From: Oscillospiraceae bacterium
GTDB lineage: Bacteria; Bacillota; Clostridia; Oscillospirales; Oscillospiraceae
DNA: 64,000 nucleotides
Direction of reading: 5' to 3'
Assembly: GCA_017632035.1 (NCBI GenBank)
Contig: JAGBSG010000053.1
Coordinates: forward strand, 7,386-71,385
Positions 8,620 through 17,248 of this stretch are shown piece after piece. The position numbers and the translations under genes are program-made. Every line of letters starts with the position of its first letter. Position 1 is the first letter of the stretch. A model generated the notes under the pieces. That model searched no databases and was not told the origin of the DNA. It saw only the letters and a list, made by a program, of their open reading frames with translations.

Positions 8620-10800
8620 TTAATCATTTTCAGAGCATTCCGGCTCGGTTGCTCCAAGAATAGAATATATTTGGTCTGCGATAGCTTTTGCCAAAAGCGG
8701 TGGAACTGCATTGCCGACTTGTTTTCTAACATAAACCTTAGAGCCATAGAAGATGAAGCTGTCATCAAAGGACTGAATTCGTGCAGCTTCTCTAGGTGTT
8801 ATTGCGCGATTCAAGAAAGGATGGTTATTAGTTCCGTTAGAAGACGCATCAAAACGAGTGTCTATCGTGGGCGAAACTTCATCCCACTTAAGTCTACCCC
8901 AGGTGGTTTTGAACTTCTGCTTGCCATGCATTTCCTCCGGCAAGCATTCCTTTCCCTGCTCTGGGGGGATTAGCTTTAGCTTGTCAATGGCTACCTGCTT
9001 ATGATTAGATGCTTGGTGATTATATAGCTTTTCACTTCCAGCACGCATCATCGCTTGGTAGGCACTTTGGATTTCTGTAGAGTATTCCTGTTCAAACGCA
9101 CCTTCGTTTGACTCCAAATAAGCCAAGTCGCCTATAGCATCACGTACCGTTGTCCTTCTTTCTACCGTAGGCCTAGGCAGAGGGATTTCCCGGTTCTTGG
9201 AACAAATGAAAATCGTACGCTCTCTGGATTGCGGAACACCAAAGTCAGCAGCATTCAAAATCCCAAACTTCACCGTGTAACCGAGTGCCTCGATTGCCTG
9301 AATAATTTGCTCCTTAAACCAACCATTTGCTGATAGCAGCAAACCTTTTACATTTTCGATAACAAATACTTCCGGTTGAAGTTTTTCAACTAAACTCAGA
9401 TATTCACGGAACAGGAAATTTCTTGGATCTTCAAGACCAAGCTTCTTGCCTTTCATAGAATATCCTTGGCACGGGGGACCACCGACGATCATATTAACTC
9501 CGGTTTGCTGTGCCAAAGAAACAATTCGTTCTTTGACAGCACTATCAGTAATATCGCCTACAACTACTTCCGCATAAGGCATATTCTTTTTGAATGTATC
9601 TGCTGCGTGGGCATCAAAATCTAGCGCAACGGTAGTTTTGAAGTATGGATTTTTGTCCATACCCCAAGACAAACCACCGGCTCCGCAAAACAGATCCAAA
9701 ATTCTAAACTCACTCACTGGCGTGTACCTTATCTTTCTTATAAGAATTCTCTTGAATAGCTCTTTTCCACCGACTTTGGGTTTGAATAAATCGAACTCAT
9801 TATCGGAGCCGTGATTAGCTTCACCAACAATCTCAAACTGGTAACCGTTATGGTATTTAAGATAAGTGATCGGCACACCCATAATGCCATCATAGTCCAT
9901 GGGGATATCAATCACCCTGCGTACATTAATCGCATCAAAATTATCATAATGAGGATACTTATCTGGAGAATAATGTTCAGTCAAAATGAGATCTTTGTGT
10001 CTTTGGGATACATCAAGGTTGGTTAACCACATAGCGTTGCCAAGACTTCTCCATTTCTGGCCGGTTTCATCGATCCAAAAGCGTGTACTTCTTGGTTCAG
10101 TGTCTGCAGGAACTCGGAATGCCATATCACCAAAATGATAGCCGACCCAAGCCTTATTTTCCTTTATCATAGGGAAGATTTCTTTATATGTGATTGCATT
10201 CTGGTTGCCAATGAGCAGATACTGCTTTTCGTATTTTACAAGTAGTGAAAATAAAGAGGCAAACAGGCTAAATGGGGGGTTTGTACAACAAATGTCGCAC
10301 TCTTTCAAAAACTCAATACACTCATCTGATCTAAAGTCACCGCTACCCTTAAGTCTCTTCACCGCACCTTTTCTTTCAAGGACGGCTTTTATAGTTTCGT
10401 CGCTAACTTCGGCACCTGGCTCGCCGGGAACCTTAGAAACAATCAAAACATATCCTTGACCTACAGAGAGAGGTTCTCCAATGTCATCGAAAAGCGTCAT
10501 TTGCAACTGACTATTATCATGGATCTGGTCAATTTTTGATCCGGCATAAGATGTGCAGATTAATTTCTTTAATTGTAATTGGTTAAAGTGACGCAAGAAA
10601 TAGTAGGTAAAATTCGACTCAAAAGGGTCATCGCAATTACATAAGACGACCTTCCCTTTGAACTGGCCATGATAGTGTGCCAACTCATCAGCAATCGTCT
10701 CGTATGTCGTATACCACTCATCAGTGTTGCTAGACGAATACTTCGCACTGTTAAGAATTGAATTTCCCTTCTTCTTCGCGCCGGTATCAATATTTTCCAT
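8620..10800 (-). CDS. Fused EcoRI-family adenine MTase (N-terminal) + C5-cytosine MTase (C-terminal)
   Basis: N-half: DEWYT, VLCNCDDP, TNPPFS, GIMGVPITY. C-half: LDLFCGAGG, GGPPCQ, ENV, QSRER, PREAARIQSF, QVGNAVPP. One continuous 726-aa frame. Confidence 0.9.
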   Translation of the reverse strand: MENIDTGAKKKGNSILNSAKYSSSNTDEWYTTYETIADELAHYHGQFKGKVVLCNCDDPFESNFTYYFLRHFNQLQLKKLICTSYAGSKIDQIHDNSQLQMTLFDDIGEPLSVGQGYVLIVSKVPGEPGAEVSDETIKAVLERKGAVKRLKGSGDFRSDECIEFLKECDICCTNPPFSLFASLFSLLVKYEKQYLLIGNQNAITYKEIFPMIKENKAWVGYHFGDMAFRVPADTEPRSTRFWIDETGQKWRSLGNAMWLTNLDVSQRHKDLILTEHYSPDKYPHYDNFDAINVRRVIDIPMDYDGIMGVPITYLKYHNGYQFEIVGEANHGSDNEFDLFKPKVGGKELFKRILIRKIRYTPVSEFRILDLFCGAGGLSWGMDKNPYFKTTVALDFDAHAADTFKKNMPYAEVVVGDITDSAVKERIVSLAQQTGVNMIVGGPPCQGYSMKGKKLGLEDPRNFLFREYLSLVEKLQPEVFVIENVKGLLLSANGWFKEQIIQAIEALGYTVKFGILNAADFGVPQSRERTIFICSKNREIPLPRPTVERRTTVRDAIGDLAYLESNEGAFEQEYSTEIQSAYQAMMRAGSEKLYNHQASNHKQVAIDKLKLIPPEQGKECLPEEMHGKQKFKTTWGRLKWDEVSPTIDTRFDASSNGTNNHPFLNRAITPREAARIQSFDDSFIFYGSKVYVRKQVGNAVPPLLAKAIADQIYSILGATEPECSEND

Positions 10801-10921
10801 AGTATTTTTCCTTTCGACTCACGCAGAGCCACATCAATCGGGTTCTACATTTATTTTGACTCCGATTGTATACTATCAGCCAATAAGCCCAATAAAGCGG
10901 ACAGATAAGCAGCAAAGTAAT

Positions 10922-11128
10922 TTATTCGTCGTGTACGACTTCCATAATATCCTCGATCTCGCAATCAAGGCAATTGCAAATCTTGAGAAGAATTTCCGTA
11001 GTTACGTGACCGTTCTTTCCAAGTTTGGTGACAGATGCAGGGCTGATGCCAGCCTTTACGCATAAGTCTTTTTTCTTCATATCCTTGTCAATTAAGAGTT
11101 TCCATAGTTTTTTGTAGCTTACTCCCAT
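10922..11128 (-). CDS. Xre/Cro-C1 HTH regulator (putative controller of the RM cassette)
   Basis: MGVSYKKLWKLLIDKDMKKKDL...ILLKICNCLDCEIEDIME; ATG at 11128. Confidence 0.85.
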   Translation of the reverse strand: MGVSYKKLWKLLIDKDMKKKDLCVKAGISPASVTKLGKNGHVTTEILLKICNCLDCEIEDIMEVVHDE

Positions 11129-11234
11129 ACGAATACTCCCTTCAAAGCAAAAAATGCCCTGCCGTACGACAGAGCATTTGTAATAGGTTAATCTGTCAAC
11201 GGCATATACTTCAACACTGACAGCGTTGTTATAT

Positions 11235-11263
11235 ACTATAACAGATTGAATTTGTATTTGCAA
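11235..11263 (-). promoter_or_regulatory. SigA-type promoter for the Xre gene/defence cassette
   Basis: Minus strand TTGCAA-17 bp-TATAGT with an extended -10 TGn. Confidence 0.7.
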
Positions 11264-11317
11264 GAAAAAATGATGCAAACACAAGAATTATTGTTGTAGC
11301 TATATGTTTAGCGGGTT

Positions 11318-11806
11318 CTATCCTTTAATCTGAACAGCAATGATACCTTGCCGCCTTGCATAATCTATTGTATTCTTCGTGCCACCAGGTTCGCCATTGT
11401 ACACTGCGATAACCCTTGCGGAGCGGTCAACCATCCATTCATTTCTAATTTGAAAACACGAACGGCTGTAGCCTTTGCACACGAAAACTGTGTGATCGGC
11501 TGCAGCCATTATTGCGTTATAGCGGTCTTTCCAATCCTTGTCCCAACGCTCCTCAAAACCCGGGAACGGACTAGCGCAGATCAGCTTGATGGGCTTACCG
11601 GACTTGCGCAGAGACAGTACGATCTCTGCTGCCCAAATATCGACACCTCGTGCCATACCGGAAATGAACACAGTGATCCCATCATCGATGGCACGGAGGA
11701 TTTCCTTTTTCAGATCGTGCTTAATGAGCCATTGCATACGCTCCAGCTTTTCAGGGCGATGTCCGGTGAAGCAAGCTCTATGGAGTCTTTTTTCTTCTTC
11801 TGTCAT
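11318..11806 (-). CDS. SLOG-family protein (YspA/DUF1273-like)
   Basis: CFTGHRP...FISGMARGVDIWAAE...RNEWMVD...GGTKNTI. Confidence 0.85.
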   Translation of the reverse strand: MTEEEKRLHRACFTGHRPEKLERMQWLIKHDLKKEILRAIDDGITVFISGMARGVDIWAAEIVLSLRKSGKPIKLICASPFPGFEERWDKDWKDRYNAIMAAADHTVFVCKGYSRSCFQIRNEWMVDRSARVIAVYNGEPGGTKNTIDYARRQGIIAVQIKG

Positions 11807-11833
11807 AATTACACGATCCTTTCTATTCAGTTA

Positions 11834-12109
11834 TTATTTTCGCTCCACAAACCATCGGCCGAGCTGGTTTCCCGTTTGATTTGTACTGCGCTCAAAGAAC
11901 AGATAACTCTGCTGTCCGTTGATCCGCACTGTATAACGATCGCCTTGTCCACCAGCTTTCATTGCGGCGGCTTGCCGGATATCCAGCACACGATCAATCT
12001 CGTATTTCATTCCGTCTTCCCAGGTAATCTCCCTAGGAAGCATTATACCTTCTTCGTTGAAGTCGGCTTTTACTGCTACATAAACTTTTGGGCTGCGTTG
12101 CTCTCCCAT
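11834..12109 (-). CDS. Conserved small protein of the type found with DinB/UmuC in Clostridia
   Basis: KVYVAV...PREITWEDG.KYEIDRV...KAGGQGDRYTV...LFFE...WFVE. Confidence 0.65.
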   Translation of the reverse strand: MGEQRSPKVYVAVKADFNEEGIMLPREITWEDGMKYEIDRVLDIRQAAAMKAGGQGDRYTVRINGQQSYLFFERSTNQTGNQLGRWFVERK

Positions 12110-12153
12110 TTACTAAAGCCCTCCATAGCTTTTACGGGATCGGCAAGACCAGT

Positions 12154-12396
12154 TTAAGATCCGGTTTTGCCGGCTCCTTCTGTAAAGAACTCTGCCATCG
12201 TGATACCAAGACCATGGCAGATCTGCTCAATCGTATCAACCGCAAGCTGGCCACCACGCGCCCTTGTGTTCTTCAATGTCGAATATGGAACATCGCACAG
12301 TATTGCCAGCTTAAAAAGTGTGAGGCCTCTATCTACTACTAACTCCTCAACTCTACTCATCGTATTCATTCCCCAAACCTCACTCTCATCAATCAT
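12154..12396 (-). CDS. Xre-family HTH protein
   Basis: RGLTLFKLAILCDVPYSTL...TIEQICHGLGITMAEFF. Confidence 0.8.
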   Translation of the reverse strand: MIDESEVWGMNTMSRVEELVVDRGLTLFKLAILCDVPYSTLKNTRARGGQLAVDTIEQICHGLGITMAEFFTEGAGKTGS

Positions 12397-12465
12397 ATAA
12401 AGGAAGCCTTGCTCCCTTGTGGCACCTCCAATTCTAAACTCCTATGGGTACTATAAAATGGACAA

Positions 12466-13287
12466 TTAAAGAACTCGACCTACAACCTGGAACCCTGCGT
12501 TTGCAGAGATGACTCTAGGCGCGTATTTCTGATTGTAGGAAACCATAACGGGCTGCATATAAACCTCGCCATAGCTTCCGGTGAAAGCCTCACGATCGGC
12601 TTCATCTGGCTCCCTCTCATCGTAAACCTTGATGAAACCTTCACCATCATAGATGAAGATGCCAACAGCACCAATCGGTACAGACTCGCACTGCTGTACC
12701 CAAACGATCTGTCCGTCTTGATACACCGGCTCCATACTGTCACCGGATACACGCAGACCAAACTCAGCTCCCTTAGGCACCATAGACTCCGGGAAACTGA
12801 CCATCTCGAAATTACCCTCTTCCAGGAACTCACCGGTGCCGGCAGAGACCGCAAGATTGCTCACAGGCATTTCAATAAACTTAATGATATTAGAAGCCTT
12901 CTGTGCGGGCTTGTACTTACCGGTAGCAATAAGGTCAGCCTTATAGGCAGCAACCTTCCTTAAACCTTCATCGTTCAGTTCCGGCGCATAATCGCCAATA
13001 AACTGGGAAAGCCTATCTTCCATTTGTAGCGCCTTCGTTGCTGCGATTAGCTGATATGCGCTGGGGACACTTTTACCCAGCTCCCACTTGTGGATCGCGG
13101 CAGCACCAACGGATACACCGTATTCCTCCAAAAGGGAACTGAATTTAGTCAAACTAATACCTGCCTGGTTTCTTGCCCAGGCAAGCCGCTGACCGACAAA
13201 GTTTTCCTGCTGTTCGGTAGCGGCATTATATTTATCTCCCTGAGTGGTGTGGAGAGTGAGAATCTGCTGCTTGCTTGTGTTAGCCAT
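12466..13287 (-). CDS. LexA/CI-like repressor (Xre HTH + S24 autoprotease)
   Basis: HTH (AIHKWELGKSVP), SAG cleavage site, RVSGDSMEP catalytic Ser, FIK Lys. Start MANTSK at 13287 with GAAAGGAG RBS. Confidence 0.9.
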   Translation of the reverse strand: MANTSKQQILTLHTTQGDKYNAATEQQENFVGQRLAWARNQAGISLTKFSSLLEEYGVSVGAAAIHKWELGKSVPSAYQLIAATKALQMEDRLSQFIGDYAPELNDEGLRKVAAYKADLIATGKYKPAQKASNIIKFIEMPVSNLAVSAGTGEFLEEGNFEMVSFPESMVPKGAEFGLRVSGDSMEPVYQDGQIVWVQQCESVPIGAVGIFIYDGEGFIKVYDEREPDEADREAFTGSYGEVYMQPVMVSYNQKYAPRVISANAGFQVVGRVL

Positions 13288-13314
13288 AAGTAGCACACTC
13301 CTTTCTATGTCAAA

Positions 13315-13343
13315 ATTATATATGGGGAAAACACCCTTGTCAA
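13315..13343 (-). promoter_or_regulatory. SigA promoter of the repressor
   Basis: Minus strand TTGACA-17 bp-TATAAT, perfect consensus. Confidence 0.85.
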
Positions 13344-13377
13344 GAACTTTATCAACTTTTGGTGTATATATGCGACC

Positions 13378-13407
13378 TTGACATATCCACATAGTTGATG
13401 ATAGTAT
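13378..13407 (+). promoter_or_regulatory. Divergent promoter of dinB
   Basis: TTGACA-18 bp-TAGTAT upstream of a GGAGGTGA RBS. Confidence 0.65.
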
Positions 13408-13439
13408 TTTGACACACGATTTGCGAAGGAGGTGATGAC

Positions 13440-14681
13440 GTGACTCAGCAGCGAGTAATCCTACACAGCGATATGAATTCATTTTATGCTTCCGTGGAAA
13501 TGATGCTAGATCCTTCCCTTAAAGGAAAGGCTGTGGCGGTCTGTGGCGCAACCGAAGAGCGGCACGGGATCGTACTGGCCAAATCCGAACTTGCGAAGAA
13601 ATATGGTGTCAAAACCGGAATGGTAAACTGGGAAGCCAAGCAACGATGCCCGGGACTGATTCTTGTACCGCCCCAGTACGATCAGTACCTCAAGTATTCC
13701 AAGCTGGCGCATCAGATCTACTACCGATACACGGATCTCGTAGAACCCTTTGGAATGGATGAGTGTTGGCTGGATATGACAGGCAGTGGTGCATATGGGA
13801 CCGGCGAGGAAATTGCCCAAAAGATCCGCACCGCCTGTAGAGAAGAATTGGGATTGACGGTGAGCATTGGCGTTTCTTTTAATAAGATCTTCGCCAAGCT
13901 TGGTTCTGACTTAAAGAAACCGGATGCGGTGACATCGATCACGAAGGATGACTTTCGTGAAAAGGTGTGGCCCTTGGCAGCATCGGAGATGATTTATGTT
14001 GGACGAGCTACAGAAGCGAAGCTGGCTCGGCACGGTATAAAAACCATTGGTGAGCTGGCTGCGATCCCACCGGAGATCCTGCAGCAGTGGTTTGGAGTAA
14101 ATGGATTGAAGCTATGGGCTTATGCCAACGGCACGGACAATTCCCGTGTTATGCATAAGGACTTTGTAAGCCCGGTCAAATCCATTGGTCACGGCATCAC
14201 CTGTACCGCAGACTTGGAAAACGAGGAGGAAGTCCATAGAGTGCTGCTGGAACTTGCCCAGGATGTGGGGCATCGGCTGCGTGTCCACGAACTGTGCGCC
14301 CAAGGCGTGCAGGTTTCGGTTAGAGGCAACGATCTGCTAGGTGCCCAGTTCCAATGCAAGCTACCATTCCGCACCCAGCTTCCTTCCGAGATCGCAAGTG
14401 CCGGTTTCCGCTTGTTTCAGGAGCGATACCGATGGGGAACGGATGTGCGGTCTGTATGTATACGAGCTATTGACTTAACGCCAAAGAATGATGTTGAGCA
14501 GTTGAGCGTGTTCGTGGATACAGCCCGCCGCGACAAAAGAGCTAGATTGGAGGATGCTATTGAGGAGCTTCGTGACCGCTTTGGAAAACGCGCAATTACC
14601 TACGCCACATTGTTGGGCGACCTGAAAATGCCGGACGATGGCCGACACAGCGTCAAGATGCCTGGACTGATGTACCAGTAA
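13440..14681 (+). CDS. dinB: Y-family DNA polymerase IV (DinB/UmuC)
   Basis: ILHSDMNSFYASVE, FGMDECWLD, SIGVSFNKIFAKLGSD. Confidence 0.95.
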   Translation: MTQQRVILHSDMNSFYASVEMMLDPSLKGKAVAVCGATEERHGIVLAKSELAKKYGVKTGMVNWEAKQRCPGLILVPPQYDQYLKYSKLAHQIYYRYTDLVEPFGMDECWLDMTGSGAYGTGEEIAQKIRTACREELGLTVSIGVSFNKIFAKLGSDLKKPDAVTSITKDDFREKVWPLAASEMIYVGRATEAKLARHGIKTIGELAAIPPEILQQWFGVNGLKLWAYANGTDNSRVMHKDFVSPVKSIGHGITCTADLENEEEVHRVLLELAQDVGHRLRVHELCAQGVQVSVRGNDLLGAQFQCKLPFRTQLPSEIASAGFRLFQERYRWGTDVRSVCIRAIDLTPKNDVEQLSVFVDTARRDKRARLEDAIEELRDRFGKRAITYATLLGDLKMPDDGRHSVKMPGLMYQ

Positions 14682-14740
14682 CCAAGCATCTGCAAATTGC
14701 CACCATTCACACCGTTTGTACTCTAGGAGGGAATTTGAGT

Positions 14741-14929
14741 ATGCTGATTAGACAGCCGATTCGGAACACCAGTAGCAACAAAGACACCAAACCTCGTGTT
14801 TTTGATGCTCTTATTGAAGATGACGAGGTTTATTTGGAAGTCAAAAATGCCAAGCAGCGTGAAATTGTACGGCTGACGGATGTTCTCCGCCAGATTGAAG
14901 AGGCGCGCCGTGCGGCAAGTAAAAATTAA
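14741..14929 (+). CDS. Small hypothetical protein
   Basis: AGGAGG RBS, 62-aa ORF. Confidence 0.6.
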   Translation: MLIRQPIRNTSSNKDTKPRVFDALIEDDEVYLEVKNAKQREIVRLTDVLRQIEEARRAASKN

Positions 14930-15093
14930 TATGTAATTCATTATTGAGCCCTGGCTCCGTACCGATCCGGTACGAGTGACCTAACTGCCGAAGTGAAGCA
15001 ACGATCAGAAATGATTAGCTTTATTTCGGCAGTATTTTTTTGCCCATTTTCTGCTCCTGCTTCGCTTCAAAACGAAGAAAGGAACAGAAAAAT

Positions 15094-15591
15094 ATGCAAA
15101 CCAATGACAATCAAAAGTACATCTACATCCGTTCTACCCGGGAGCGCATCCCGGTAACCGAAGAAGAATTTGATAACTACTATCGCGACATCAATGCCTT
15201 CCGCAAAAAACAACAGCGCCACGGCAGATGCGTTTGCCCGGAAGCAAAGCGTCTGGACTGCGATATGGATTGCGACACCTGCCCCTTCCGCAGGGCCGGC
15301 GATCACAGATCGCTGGATGTCAAAGTTGCTGGTGGAGAAAGCTGGCTGGACGAGTATCCGGATTGTGGCCCCACTCCAAACGACTTACTTGAAGACCGAG
15401 AGCTGCTTGATGCACTCCGTGCTGTGCTGGCAGAACTCACTGACAGTGAACAAGACATCTGCCGAGTTGTTATGGCTGACTTGTCTGAACGGGCTGCGGC
15501 AGCAGAACTTAATATCACCCGTGAAGCATTTACTTACCGCCGAAACAAGCTTTTTGCTCGTCTGAAAAATATTTTGAAAAATTTTATCTGA
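15094..15591 (+). CDS. Sigma-70 region 4-containing phage regulator (ECF-like)
   Basis: C-terminal LAELTDSEQDI...SERAAAAELNITREAFTYRRNKL HTH; Cys-rich N-terminal part. Confidence 0.75.
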   Translation: MQTNDNQKYIYIRSTRERIPVTEEEFDNYYRDINAFRKKQQRHGRCVCPEAKRLDCDMDCDTCPFRRAGDHRSLDVKVAGGESWLDEYPDCGPTPNDLLEDRELLDALRAVLAELTDSEQDICRVVMADLSERAAAAELNITREAFTYRRNKLFARLKNILKNFI

Positions 15592-15674
15592 GTTACACAC
15601 CAAACGGCATTTTGATGTCCAGGGGTGGGTGTAAGGGGTACAACGAGACCTCCCCTTGCATGGAGGTGAAAGAA

Positions 15675-15884
15675 ATGGACGAGATGAGAAATGCGGTGGT
15701 GTCTCCCGAAGAGGAACTGATTGACCTGCTTTTGGAATTCAGCATCGTAGCCCTGTGTCTGGCACAGAAGGTCAGCCGGACGATGAAAGACAAGCAAATC
15801 AAGGAAGGAGGATACGGATATGAGCAAAGTAAGCGAGTTGGATCTGGCCATCAAGGATCTGCGTTCCGCTGCCGCCACTATTAA
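15675..15884 (+). CDS. Small phage hypothetical protein
   Basis: GGAGGTGA RBS; EEELIDLLLEFSIVA. Confidence 0.5.
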   Translation: MDEMRNAVVSPEEELIDLLLEFSIVALCLAQKVSRTMKDKQIKEGGYGYEQSKRVGSGHQGSAFRCRHY

Positions 15885-16131
15885 CGATGTGGCAAATTCC
15901 CTGGCTGAGATGTTCAGCAACCCCGCACCGGAAGAACCGGTAACCCCCGAAGCACCCAAAGTTTCATTTGAAACCGTGCGTGCAATTCTCGCAGATAAAT
16001 CCCGGAATGGCTTCACTGCTCAAATCCGTGCCCTGTTGGAAAAGTATGGTGCTTCCAAGCTGTCGCAGCTTGATCCTGCCCACTACCAAGCCGTGCTTGC
16101 AGAAGTGGAGGTGCTGGGCGATGGCAACTAG
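15820..16131 (+). CDS. Conserved phage hypothetical protein
   Basis: VRAILADKSRNGFTAQIRALLEKYGASKLS, typically found upstream of DUF2800. Confidence 0.75.
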   Translation: MSKVSELDLAIKDLRSAAATINDVANSLAEMFSNPAPEEPVTPEAPKVSFETVRAILADKSRNGFTAQIRALLEKYGASKLSQLDPAHYQAVLAEVEVLGDGN

Positions 16132-17245
16132 GCACGCGGTACTATCCGCTTCCTCTTCCGACCGGTGGTTACACTGCACCCCCTCGGCACGACTCTGTGA
16201 GAACTACGAGGACAAAGGCAGCGACTTTGCCGCCGAAGGCACCGATGCACACACCCTCTGCGAGTACAAGCTGAAGAAAGCCTTGGGTATCCCTGCAAAG
16301 GACCCTACAGAGGATCTCGGCTGGTACAACGAGGAGATGGAAGAGTGTGCCTGTGCGTATGCCGCCTATGTGATGGAGCTGCTGGAAACTGCAAAGCGGA
16401 CTTGCGCCGATCCCGTGGTACTGATCGAACAGCGGGTGAACTTCTCCCGTTGGGTCAAGGAAGGCTTCGGCACTGCTGACTGCATCATCATTGCTGATGG
16501 TGTGCTGAACATTGTCGACTACAAGCACGGCAAGGGTGTCGAAGTTAGTGCAGAAGAAAACCCGCAGATGAGGCTTTATGCATTGGGTGCGCTGGAGATC
16601 TTCGATGGCATTTATGACATTGAGAATGTCCAGATGACCATTTTCCAGCCCCGCAAGGCAAATGTCAGCGTATCCGAAATGGATACGAAAACCCTATACC
16701 GCTGGGCGGATACGGATCTGTACGAAAAGGCTGAAATGGCTTATGCCGGCACCGGGGATTTCCACTGTGGTGAGTGGTGCCGGTTCTGCAAAGCGAAAGC
16801 TGAATGCCGGGAACGGGCAAATGCCAATATGGAACTTGCCCGATATGATTTCCAGCCTCCGGTGCTGCTGGAGGATGTAGAGATTGCAGAGATCTTGTCC
16901 AAGGTGGATGCCTTCATTTCCTGGGCAACCGACGTCAAGGAGTTTGCGCTCCAGCAAGCAATCAGCGGTAAGGAATGGATCGGCTGGAAGCTGGTAGAAG
17001 GCAGATCCAATCGTAAGTACACCAGCGATGAAGCGGTCGCAACCGCTGTGGCAGAAGCAGGCTTTGACCCCTATGAGAAGAAACTCCTCGGTGTCACTGC
17101 AATGCAGAAGCTGCTGGGCAAGGCTCGGTTCGATGAGCTGCTTGCCCCCTACATTGAAAAGCCGCAAGGCAAACCCACATTAGTGCCGGAAACCGACAAA
17201 CGGCCGGCAATCAACACAGCCAAAACTGATTTTATGGAGGATTAA
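16121..17245 (+). CDS. DUF2800 PD-(D/E)xK (Cas4-like) exonuclease
   Basis: HAVLSASSSDRWLHC...FGTAD...IVDYKHG...QMRLYALG...WCRFC. Confidence 0.9.
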   Translation: MATRHAVLSASSSDRWLHCTPSARLCENYEDKGSDFAAEGTDAHTLCEYKLKKALGIPAKDPTEDLGWYNEEMEECACAYAAYVMELLETAKRTCADPVVLIEQRVNFSRWVKEGFGTADCIIIADGVLNIVDYKHGKGVEVSAEENPQMRLYALGALEIFDGIYDIENVQMTIFQPRKANVSVSEMDTKTLYRWADTDLYEKAEMAYAGTGDFHCGEWCRFCKAKAECRERANANMELARYDFQPPVLLEDVEIAEILSKVDAFISWATDVKEFALQQAISGKEWIGWKLVEGRSNRKYTSDEAVATAVAEAGFDPYEKKLLGVTAMQKLLGKARFDELLAPYIEKPQGKPTLVPETDKRPAINTAKTDFMED

Positions 17246-17248
17246 GAA

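Noticed and set aside
8620-10800. GAATTC specificity inferred from the EcoRI-family domain
   Set aside because: Family membership does not fix specificity, and GAATTC sites occur repeatedly in the window, so there is no avoidance signal.
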